Shown here piece after piece: positions 55,747-64,000 of a DNA stretch of 64,000 bases. Below the pieces are notes generated by a model. That model made no database searches and was not told the DNA's origin. It was given only the letters and a program-made list of their open reading frames with translations. The stretch spans positions 1 to 64,000 of the forward strand of contig QPMI01000136.1 of assembly GCA_004431415.1 (NCBI GenBank), written 5' to 3'. A program made the position numbers and the translations under genes. The stretch's first letter is position 1. Each line of letters begins with the position of its first letter. The stretch comes from Cyanophora paradoxa CCMP329 (taxonomy: Eukaryota; Plantae; Glaucophyta).

Positions 55747-56052
55747 TCAAGCCAAAGTGATTAAATTCGATCCAAGGGATTGGTAAACAGTTGAAAGAAC
55801 TTGCAGGTTGGATGTCATTGCTTTAATGTTGTTATCACACTCATTGTATTTAGCAACAGGGTCACCATATGCAGCTTGAGCAAGGACATTAACCAAGAGG
55901 TTTTTATACTCATTTACAACTGGTGAGAGCTTGTTAGTTTGCTGAATCGTTTTTTCAACTGTTTGTAATGCGTTTACAAGGGTGATTGTATCAAAAGAAA
56001 GCGCAACTGGCTCAGTAGAATAGGTGGTTCCACCAAGAGGATAGGTCGCCAT
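55747..56052 (-). CDS. Hypothetical helical protein (101 aa)
   Basis: Directly downstream of the fibre gene; occupies the slot of the C1q cassette of element 1. Confidence 0.7.
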   Translation of the reverse strand: MATYPLGGTTYSTEPVALSFDTITLVNALQTVEKTIQQTNKLSPVVNEYKNLLVNVLAQAAYGDPVAKYNECDNNIKAMTSNLQVLSTVYQSLGSNLITLA

Positions 56053-56055
56053 TTA

Positions 56056-59000
56056 TTATACTTTGACATTTTTAATTTGGTCTATTTGATCCTGTAGATC
56101 TTTGCATTTTTGGGACAACTCCTTCACAGCTTCAATGAGAACTGGAATTAAACCTGTGTATTCAAGAGAAAGGTAACCATCTTCTTTTGTGACACTTACA
56201 ATTTCTGGTATTACCTTTTCTACATCTTGCGCAATTAAACCTAATTTTGTTCCGTCTTTTTCACTCCCAATTCGTTTAAAACTCACTCCTTCTAATTTTT
56301 CGATTGCTGAAAGAGCGCCGGTTATCTTTTTAATATCTGTTTTGTATCTTCTGTCACTTCCTTGTGTTAAATAATTGTTTATCCACATCCGCCCGTTATG
56401 ATCGATCCAACAAATATCAGAATCTAATTCATTTCGAAATCTTATTGGATAAGTTCCTCTTCCTTTAAAATACGTGGTGCTATTATTCGTAAAATAGATA
56501 CGATTATATCCATCATTAGAGTTAAACCAAAGATCCAATGCTCCTGTTAAGATATTTGGTTTACTATAAACATTATTCCAATGAATATAGCCGGTGTGAC
56601 CACCATAACTATTTCCTACCCAAATTTTCATGTAACTTATACCCATAATGTTAACTCTTCCAATCTTTGGTCTAATACGAATAGTCAAAAATCGATTACC
56701 AAGATGTATAGGAACATTATTTAAACCACTGTGGTTACTATCAGGATTTGTGCTGTATGGTTGATAACTATTCACTGATGTAATAAAAACCTCATTCCCT
56801 TGTCGATTCACTCCCCAAATTTCAAAAATTCGTGAGTTAGTCCAAGGTAGATAAGTTAAAAACGCTGTTCCTTTGAGATATCCTTCTGGAATATCGAAGT
56901 CTATCCAAGCGGTTGAAGTTTGATCATCCGTTTGAATATTATGAACACATGAACCATAATTATAATATGGATCCCATGCTGCACTCCACGCCCATGCCCA
57001 ATCGTTATAAGAACATCTATTAAATTCAATTCCTCCTTTTGATGAATCCGATGTGTGAAACTTTGGGACATCATTACCATTTATTTGGAGTTTGGTAGTA
57101 GCATTAATAGTGGGTGCTGTAATAGTGTTTTTCACCCAAAAGTTACCATTGTTATAAGACTTTAATATTGCTCCATCTGCTGAGTCTCTGAATTCAATTG
57201 AGACACTTTCACTATTAGGTTTCCCTCGTATATATGTGCAATCTCCATTACCAAACCAAATTCGTTCTACTGCATCTGTTGATTTTAACCATGTATTTGT
57301 AGCCCATGTTGCCGTTCCTGGGAGGTCTGCGGCTGTAATTAGAGCGGGACGACTATAAATATTATCCCAAGAGATCATACCAACCTCATTATCCGTTGCT
57401 CTTTGTCTACTCCAACCAAAAACTCCTGTGAGATGAATGCGACCTTTTCGACCTTGAACATAAATATACTTGTAAAACTCGCAATTAATTGATACAAACA
57501 AGATAGTATTATTTGTCCCATCATGATTTACTGACTGTATTCCTTGATAATCGTTTACACGTTTTAAGAAATGCTGATTGTTATTGAGAGTCTGACCATA
57601 GATATCAAAATATCTGCCATTAAACCAAGGCATATGCTGAATATAAAATGATTTCATACCTGTGGGGACAGTCCACCTCATAAAACAACCGCTACAATCT
57701 TCATCATTTTGTGGTGTTGTATAACATCCTGTTTGTCCTGTTCTTGGTGACCAATTCAAATTCCAATTATTTGCGCTTCTATCTGTTGATACTACATCTA
57801 ATTGATCGAAATCATATCCTTTTGGAATTGTGTTTCCACCAATTTGTAGATTAGTAGCGTTTACAGTTCCATTAACTGTCCCACCTGTAAGAGGTAAATA
57901 ATTTCCAAGAGCTGCTGTTAACTCTGCATCTGTTGTATAATTATTTAGAGTCGTTCCCAATTCACTTTCTGTTACATAGCTGCTTAAATCTGCTGTTGTA
58001 AGATACCCTTTATTGGTTAGGTAATCATCTGTGACCACACCTGAAAGGGTTGTATTGTGTAAGTTTTTTGCTGCCATCCTCTGATTGACTTCTAAGGCTC
58101 CACCTGATGTCGTTTTTATCCATGCAATCTCACATTTCCCATGATCATCTGTGGGTTGTCCCGCAACGGGAAGATAGTTTACAACTTTCTCCCTTGTGAA
58201 TACTATTTTAGGTCTTGCTCCATCATATGCGCTTTGATCTGTTACGTTAATTTGAATAGCTGCTGAAAAATCCGCTACTTGTCCTATTTCTCCTGGGTGA
58301 TAATTCGTAACATAGATACTGGGGAAAGTATCGTTTACTCCTACATTGAAATCGCCACTATACACTCCATTTACGATTGGATCCCTGGGTAATCTTACTG
58401 CAAGAGTTCCCACCATCGGTGTGCCTGTTTCACCTGTAAATGAACCATTGAGACTAACATAATGATCATTCAAAAATAGCCTTTCAGGTGTATTAATTGA
58501 TTGGTAAAGTGTGACTCCATTAAAAACGTTTCCGATTGCATTCAATTGGGCAAAAACTGGCTGTTCGTCTATTTCGCTCCATGGGTGCCTGTGGTTGCTA
58601 TTTGTAATCTCTGAATAATCATGAGTGTGTGAATCTGGTGGGAAGGTTAATGGCGGATTTGTGATATGCTCCCATAAATGAGTATGGGCGAAATCTGTTA
58701 TTTGATCTTTTGTGTGAGTGTGTGCGAAATCTGTTATTTGATCTTTTGTGTGAGTATGTGCGAAATCTGTTATTTGATCTTTTGTGTGAGTATGTGCGAA
58801 ATCTGTTATTTGATCTTTGGTGTGTGTATGGGCGAAATCTGTGATTTGATCTTTTGTGTGAGTATGGGCGAAATCCGTAATATCTGCTTTTGTGTGTTTT
58901 TGTTTTGCTAACCAATCTAAAACAACATTCGATGTTGGATGATGTGGTAGAGTTGCATTTTTGGTAACTGTGAGATTTTCAATAAATATATTGCTCGAAT

Positions 59001-61986
59001 TAATTTTAAGATCTTCATTATTCAATATGGGCTGCGTATTTGGAAATCCATACAATAATTGTATATAATATCTAACCGCGTTCTTTTCTTCAATAGATAA
59101 CGCACGATTGAAAACGATAATTTCGGCAAGATCTCCATTAGCAACAGAAGAACCAAATGATGCAAAATTAGAAGGTGGAAGAAAATCACCCGATGATGTT
59201 CCAATATCAATACCACCCATTCCTACGACAATTTGCTCTGAGGAAACAGTGAAATCCCAATAATTCCACGAATTATAAATATATGATGCATCGAATAATG
59301 GAGGAGTTGCATTTTCTATATCGTTTTGAATTTGTAGTGAAACACCAAACTTTTGATTTTTACAACCATATCCAATCCAATTTTGATAAGAACTATCCCT
59401 TATACTCAACATATAAGAAGGGTTTGTTGTATTGATCCTACCTATAAAGAATAATGTAAGACCTAATGACCAATCTATTGAAACACTATTCCTATAAGCC
59501 ATGTTTAATTCTTTCCCAATCGAAATTTGATTGTTTAGGGTTGCATTCAAATAATAATAAACAGTTTCCCAATTCGAATAATTTGTTAGATATGGTATCT
59601 GTGTAGTAACTCTGTTATATATCTGACCTTGATAATATATCAACTGACCATGTTGACCTGATGCTTTCCATGCAAATATACAATTTGGAATAATTGGGGC
59701 TGGATCAATGACAGTAGTAACAGCATAGTAAGGTCTATAAAGTATTTGTATAGTATTTTGTGTTCCAATTGTTATATTTCGATACACTGTAAGATTACTT
59801 GTGTAAATATCCTCTGCCCATAGTTTTCTTGTCCAAATGTTACTTGCCCATAGGTTACTTGTGAAAATGTTACTTGTATAAAGGTTACTGGTGTAGATAT
59901 TGGAAGTGACTGTAAGGTTTGTGTCATTTTTGATCACAAAAAGAGAAAGAATATTTGTGAGTTCACCTTCATCAATATATCCTTGATCTTCTAGATAATC
60001 CTCTGTGACCACTCTCGAAATATTTTCATTGTGTATGTTTTTTGCTGCCATCCTCTGATTGGCTTCCAGAACCCCACCATAATCTGTTTTAATCCATGCA
60101 AGCTCTGCCCTTCCATAATTATCATTTGCAGTTCCCACTATGGGAATGTAGGAATACTTATCTCGACTGAAAACTATCATTGGTCTTGAGCCATCTAAAC
60201 TGCTTACATCTGCTACATGAACCTGTATAGCAGAGTTGTAATTTTGGTAGGTTGCTGGGTCTGTTGGGACTCTGAATGTATCTGTGGGAATGTCAGCCTC
60301 CATGTAGCTTGACACAAAGATATTTGGTATGGTTGCTCCTGGTGGTGGTGGGGTTTCAAAAGAGCCTGGTAATGTCCTAATATGAAGTGGTCCTCTCATA
60401 GCTGAATTTGCAAGTGTCCCATTCACATGTACATAGTGTTCATTCAAAAAGATTCTTTCTGGGACATTACAAGTCTGATAAAGAGAAACCCCCAAGTTAT
60501 CAAGAGGCTCTACCTTTGCGAATTCTGGTTGGTCATTGATCTCATCCCAGGTGTGTTCATGGTTGCTTGCTGCAAACTTATCTGGAATCCCATCAATATC
60601 ACCCCAATCATGCCTGTGGTCTTCTGGTGGGTATTTCTGTGGTTTGCCTAAGATCTCATCCCAGTCATGATTGTGATCCTCTGGGGGATACTTTGCAGGT
60701 TTATTATTAATTTGTTCATAATCAGGAAAGAACTCCCAGATCTCAGGTCGAAATCCATCTGGTAGTAATTCCTCATGGGGTTCATAAGGTTGCTCATAAT
60801 CAACAGCTGGTGGATCATGCCCATCTGGCAAATACTCCTCATCAGGTTCATAGTTCTGCTCATACTCAAACTCTTGTGGATCTAAGCCATCTGGTAGTAT
60901 CTCCTCCTCATTGGGGTCAAATTGATCATACTCATACTCTTGTGGGTCAAAACCATCTGGTAAATACTCTTCCTCATCTGGAACGAATTGATATTCATCA
61001 AGCTCTAATATATCGACTTCAGGAGGTAAATACTGCTCATCTATTTGCTTTCTGGGTTCAATTATAGGTTTATTGCGAACTTGCTCCCAACTAACAATAT
61101 GCTGCCCAAAAGCAACTGTCTCATCTGCTGTGTACTCTCTGCCTGGTTGCTTTTTCGGTGTTAAATCCGGTGGATCCCATGGAAGAGGGAAGGGAACTGG
61201 GACAGGTCCATAATACTCAAAGATCTCTCTTATGGTCTTCTCACTTACAAGCTTCTCACCATTTGCATACACATTGCTGCCATGGATATTTCGCCATTGC
61301 CTGGTTCGAATTCCAAGGTCTTTCACATTGCTATACAAAGGCAAAAGGTGCCTATCCATTTCAACAAGATCAGGATGTAAATGGATTGCTACTGGCTGAC
61401 TGGGGCTACTGTTGATTGTAATTGATGGCTTTTTTTGATGGACATCTTTTGGAGTAAAGAACCCAAAAGGCTCATTCCTCGCAAAGTCATATGTTATATC
61501 CTTGGGATAGACATCATTTGTGTAGGAGACCTGATTTGTGTTGGCAATGGGACCCACTTGCAATACTTGGGGGACCTCAGCTTTTGCAGTGCTGCCCTCA
61601 TTGTAAATTCGCAAACCTGTGTTCTGTTTGCCCTGCTCATCTTGAACATTGAAAATCAATCGACCACTATCAAACCTAGAAGGTATATCTGGGTGAGTGC
61701 CACTGGTTTTGAGTTTCCTAGGTCTCCTTCTTGTTGCTTTGATCTCTGCCACTTGGTTTGCTTTCACATTACCCAAGCTAAAAGCTACACTGACTTCCTC
61801 CTTATCTGGATCGGTTTGATTCACAGATAAAGCATGCTCCCTTGATTGAGTCTTGGATGAATTATCGGAACTGTGGTCAATCGAAACTGAACCCTTTACT
61901 TTAATATTATCAAAGTTCACATGCTTGGTGCTGCTTGCATTATCATCTTGAATGGTTTCTAGATTGGGTGGGTAATTGAAGCTCAT
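56056..61986 (-). CDS. 1976-aa tail-fibre-like protein with HTHTK repeats, LamG-like domain and C-terminal peptidase S74 chaperone
   Basis: HTHTKDQITDFA 36-bp repeats (~58680-58895), GDLAEIIVFNRALS, SDRRYKTDI...GLIAQDVEKVIPEIV...LEYTGLIPVLIEAVKEL. Confidence 0.9.
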   Translation of the reverse strand: MSFNYPPNLETIQDDNASSTKHVNFDNIKVKGSVSIDHSSDNSSKTQSREHALSVNQTDPDKEEVSVAFSLGNVKANQVAEIKATRRRPRKLKTSGTHPDIPSRFDSGRLIFNVQDEQGKQNTGLRIYNEGSTAKAEVPQVLQVGPIANTNQVSYTNDVYPKDITYDFARNEPFGFFTPKDVHQKKPSITINSSPSQPVAIHLHPDLVEMDRHLLPLYSNVKDLGIRTRQWRNIHGSNVYANGEKLVSEKTIREIFEYYGPVPVPFPLPWDPPDLTPKKQPGREYTADETVAFGQHIVSWEQVRNKPIIEPRKQIDEQYLPPEVDILELDEYQFVPDEEEYLPDGFDPQEYEYDQFDPNEEEILPDGLDPQEFEYEQNYEPDEEYLPDGHDPPAVDYEQPYEPHEELLPDGFRPEIWEFFPDYEQINNKPAKYPPEDHNHDWDEILGKPQKYPPEDHRHDWGDIDGIPDKFAASNHEHTWDEINDQPEFAKVEPLDNLGVSLYQTCNVPERIFLNEHYVHVNGTLANSAMRGPLHIRTLPGSFETPPPPGATIPNIFVSSYMEADIPTDTFRVPTDPATYQNYNSAIQVHVADVSSLDGSRPMIVFSRDKYSYIPIVGTANDNYGRAELAWIKTDYGGVLEANQRMAAKNIHNENISRVVTEDYLEDQGYIDEGELTNILSLFVIKNDTNLTVTSNIYTSNLYTSNIFTSNLWASNIWTRKLWAEDIYTSNLTVYRNITIGTQNTIQILYRPYYAVTTVIDPAPIIPNCIFAWKASGQHGQLIYYQGQIYNRVTTQIPYLTNYSNWETVYYYLNATLNNQISIGKELNMAYRNSVSIDWSLGLTLFFIGRINTTNPSYMLSIRDSSYQNWIGYGCKNQKFGVSLQIQNDIENATPPLFDASYIYNSWNYWDFTVSSEQIVVGMGGIDIGTSSGDFLPPSNFASFGSSVANGDLAEIIVFNRALSIEEKNAVRYYIQLLYGFPNTQPILNNEDLKINSSNIFIENLTVTKNATLPHHPTSNVVLDWLAKQKHTKADITDFAHTHTKDQITDFAHTHTKDQITDFAHTHTKDQITDFAHTHTKDQITDFAHTHTKDQITDFAHTHLWEHITNPPLTFPPDSHTHDYSEITNSNHRHPWSEIDEQPVFAQLNAIGNVFNGVTLYQSINTPERLFLNDHYVSLNGSFTGETGTPMVGTLAVRLPRDPIVNGVYSGDFNVGVNDTFPSIYVTNYHPGEIGQVADFSAAIQINVTDQSAYDGARPKIVFTREKVVNYLPVAGQPTDDHGKCEIAWIKTTSGGALEVNQRMAAKNLHNTTLSGVVTDDYLTNKGYLTTADLSSYVTESELGTTLNNYTTDAELTAALGNYLPLTGGTVNGTVNATNLQIGGNTIPKGYDFDQLDVVSTDRSANNWNLNWSPRTGQTGCYTTPQNDEDCSGCFMRWTVPTGMKSFYIQHMPWFNGRYFDIYGQTLNNNQHFLKRVNDYQGIQSVNHDGTNNTILFVSINCEFYKYIYVQGRKGRIHLTGVFGWSRQRATDNEVGMISWDNIYSRPALITAADLPGTATWATNTWLKSTDAVERIWFGNGDCTYIRGKPNSESVSIEFRDSADGAILKSYNNGNFWVKNTITAPTINATTKLQINGNDVPKFHTSDSSKGGIEFNRCSYNDWAWAWSAAWDPYYNYGSCVHNIQTDDQTSTAWIDFDIPEGYLKGTAFLTYLPWTNSRIFEIWGVNRQGNEVFITSVNSYQPYSTNPDSNHSGLNNVPIHLGNRFLTIRIRPKIGRVNIMGISYMKIWVGNSYGGHTGYIHWNNVYSKPNILTGALDLWFNSNDGYNRIYFTNNSTTYFKGRGTYPIRFRNELDSDICWIDHNGRMWINNYLTQGSDRRYKTDIKKITGALSAIEKLEGVSFKRIGSEKDGTKLGLIAQDVEKVIPEIVSVTKEDGYLSLEYTGLIPVLIEAVKELSQKCKDLQDQIDQIKNVKV

Positions 61987-62029
61987 GGCTTTTACTATAT
62001 GGATTTATAAAATTCCTGATAAGTAAAAG

Positions 62030-63586
62030 ATGCCTCAGAAAATCGTTTTAAGTCTTTCTGGCGGGGGTGCAAGGGGCATTATCATAACCAGGCTGCTAAA
62101 AGAAATCGAAAATCGAACTGGCAGGAGAATAATCGATCTTGTGGATCTTGTGAGTGGAACTTCCACTGGTGGGATCATTGCAATAGGTTTGAATATAAGG
62201 CATCCTGATAAACCAGGTGAACCTAAACTGACAGCAAACGATTTACACAATATTTACCTAACTCAACTGCCCTTGATTTTCGCAAATCCTCGAAATATAA
62301 TCGAAAATGCCCTTTTTAATACAAAGTATGATGTGGGACCCTTGGAGACTGCAATCAATTCAGTTACTGGTGAATCACTAATACAGGATTCCCTAAAGGA
62401 CATTGTGATCACATCCTTTGATACTCAGAATATGAAACCAATATTTATCACAAATGACAACAATTACAACTTTATGCCTTGTAAGATTGCTGCTAGGGCT
62501 ACTTCTGCTGCTCCTACATATTTCTCTCCTGTAAGCATTGTTGATTTCAATCGGGGAGTATATGTCTGTCTAATTGATGGTGCCATTTCGGGAAACAATA
62601 ATCCCAGTGTGTGTGGTTACAGCCATGCAAAGAAAATTTACAGTGATGATGATGATATTATAGTAATAAGTATATCTTGTGGAGAGGTGGACCCACATTT
62701 AGAGTCTGATTATGTGGGTTATGCTTATGAGACTGTCAACAGCTGGGGCATTCTCTCATGGATTGCCTCAACAGATGGAAGCCCATTGATTAACATGCTC
62801 ATGGCTGCAAGTGAGCTTTCTGCCCTTGATAAGATGGAGGAGTTGTTACCCTACAACTATGATCAGGATTATGGGAGATACTATAGGCTATCAGTCCCAC
62901 TTCCAAATCATATAGTAAGCTCCCTGGATGACACTTCTAAAATCCCAGACATGCTTGCATTCACTGAAACATACATTGCAGCAAACAATGATATGATTAA
63001 TAAGCTTTGCAGCATTCTAGTAGCAAACTATGAATTAAAGAACCCTTCAAAGGCTTACATATCATCCACTCTCACTACATCACCTCCTTTGGATGCAAAT
63101 TGGTATCAGCTTGCAGATGATGCCTTCACTGCCTCATCCTCTGTGACAGGTAAAGAGCCTTTCATGGCTAGACCTTCAGCATTTGGCTGGGAAGCTGGAG
63201 CCTATGCTCCTGAGCAGATATGGGAAACCCCCACTGAATACCTTCAAGTTGCTTTCCCATATACTTTCGAACTCTCCTCTGTTATTGCCTATGGTTCAGG
63301 GGACACCAATGCTTTTATTAAGACTTTCAATGTGGCAACATCCACTGATGGGATCAACTGGTCTTTTATTCGATCAGATGGGCAGAACAAAATATATGTA
63401 TGTGAGAACATTAACAATGCTCACAACTCAGGTGATGTTGCTTTATTGAGTGGATTTCCTCTCAGCATCAAGGATGCTTTTTACATAGGTTTTTCTCTCA
63501 GAATCAAGTATATTCGCATTTATCCCCTTGTGTATGTGAATGCTCCCACAATGAGAGTGGACTTTACAGGTGCCTTTATTCGATAA
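62030..63586 (+). CDS. Patatin-like phospholipase fused to a discoidin (F5/8 type C) domain
   Basis: GGGARG, GTSTG, ATSAAPTYF, DGA; C-terminal FTASSS...EYLQV...KTFNVATSTDG.NW...KYIRIYP...MRVDF.G. Confidence 0.92.
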   Translation: MPQKIVLSLSGGGARGIIITRLLKEIENRTGRRIIDLVDLVSGTSTGGIIAIGLNIRHPDKPGEPKLTANDLHNIYLTQLPLIFANPRNIIENALFNTKYDVGPLETAINSVTGESLIQDSLKDIVITSFDTQNMKPIFITNDNNYNFMPCKIAARATSAAPTYFSPVSIVDFNRGVYVCLIDGAISGNNNPSVCGYSHAKKIYSDDDDIIVISISCGEVDPHLESDYVGYAYETVNSWGILSWIASTDGSPLINMLMAASELSALDKMEELLPYNYDQDYGRYYRLSVPLPNHIVSSLDDTSKIPDMLAFTETYIAANNDMINKLCSILVANYELKNPSKAYISSTLTTSPPLDANWYQLADDAFTASSSVTGKEPFMARPSAFGWEAGAYAPEQIWETPTEYLQVAFPYTFELSSVIAYGSGDTNAFIKTFNVATSTDGINWSFIRSDGQNKIYVCENINNAHNSGDVALLSGFPLSIKDAFYIGFSLRIKYIRIYPLVYVNAPTMRVDFTGAFIR

Positions 63587-64000
63587 ACTCCAACTGAAAA
63601 GAATTGTCGATTCCATTCATATCAATCAGTTCACCAAAGTAATCTTTAAACTCCACAGTGAGTTCCCTTATCACCAGGTTTCTGTCATTTATCTGAATGA
63701 ATTCGGCATGCTCACCACTATGGTAAACATAGCCGCCTATATCTTTACTCAATTGCAGTCTAAGGATTGCCCCCTGGTTATGTGGTTGCGATTTCGGGAT
63801 TATATTGTGTCTGCTGGCAAAGGGGACAGCTCTTTAATATGCATGTACAGATACTGCTCAGCATTCATATCAGACATCTTCCTGCTGTCAAAATAATATT
63901 GCAAGGGCTTAGATGAGAGTCTGGGTCCCGAAAAGGTGGTTCCCCATGCTGGGTGATCAGGTGTAATAGGTTTGCCATCATACTTTAACAGGTTCTCAGG
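63576..64000 (-). CDS. 3' half of minor capsid protein 2 (not in the ORF track; two homopolymer frameshifts)
   Basis: Minus strand reads PITPDHPAWG...DMNAEQYLYMHIKELS...AILRLQLS...DMNGIDNSFQLEFIE*, matching 25581-26492. Confidence 0.88.

Larger units (their letters stand above)
52029..64000. mobile_element. Endogenous PLV element 2 (left part), related to element 1
   Basis: Abrupt GC-to-AT switch, same terminal structure, and orthologs of seven element-1 genes. Confidence 0.92.

Noticed and set aside
63570-63896. 108-aa plus-strand ORF
   Set aside because: It is the antisense shadow of the minus-strand mCP2 ortholog.

Overview
The window is a GC-rich eukaryotic locus (about 28.5-52.0 kb) flanked by two related AT-rich endogenous DNA viruses of the Polinton/Maverick-PLV type. 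Element 1 (<1-28503, nearly complete) encodes an rve integrase, a protein-primed PolB with an apparently destroyed proofreading domain, a Prim-Pol/D5 helicase, an A32 packaging ATPase, a major capsid protein and two penton-like proteins. It has no recognisable maturation protease. Its accessory block comprises SAM decarboxylase, a patatin-discoidin phospholipase and a set of phage-like fibre genes. Element 2 (52029->64000) carries the same accessory block, rearranged and with different fibre tips, and its terminus truncates an AEP primase gene. Both elements share non-coding architecture: 5'-ACACATAG ends whose last ~27 bp recur inverted ~280-300 bp inside, and a 93-bp cruciform with compensatory changes. 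In element 1, AAAA(A/T)TGA motifs precede six non-structural genes. The GC-rich middle holds spliced genes (one TET/JBP-like dioxygenase), a 10.6-kb non-coding foldback structure with a central ~710-bp tandem array, and an intronless virus-like cluster (RING finger, AEP primase). Several inspected frameshifts are single-base losses in homopolymers and are probably long-read errors. All assignments come from motif recognition by eye; no searches were run.
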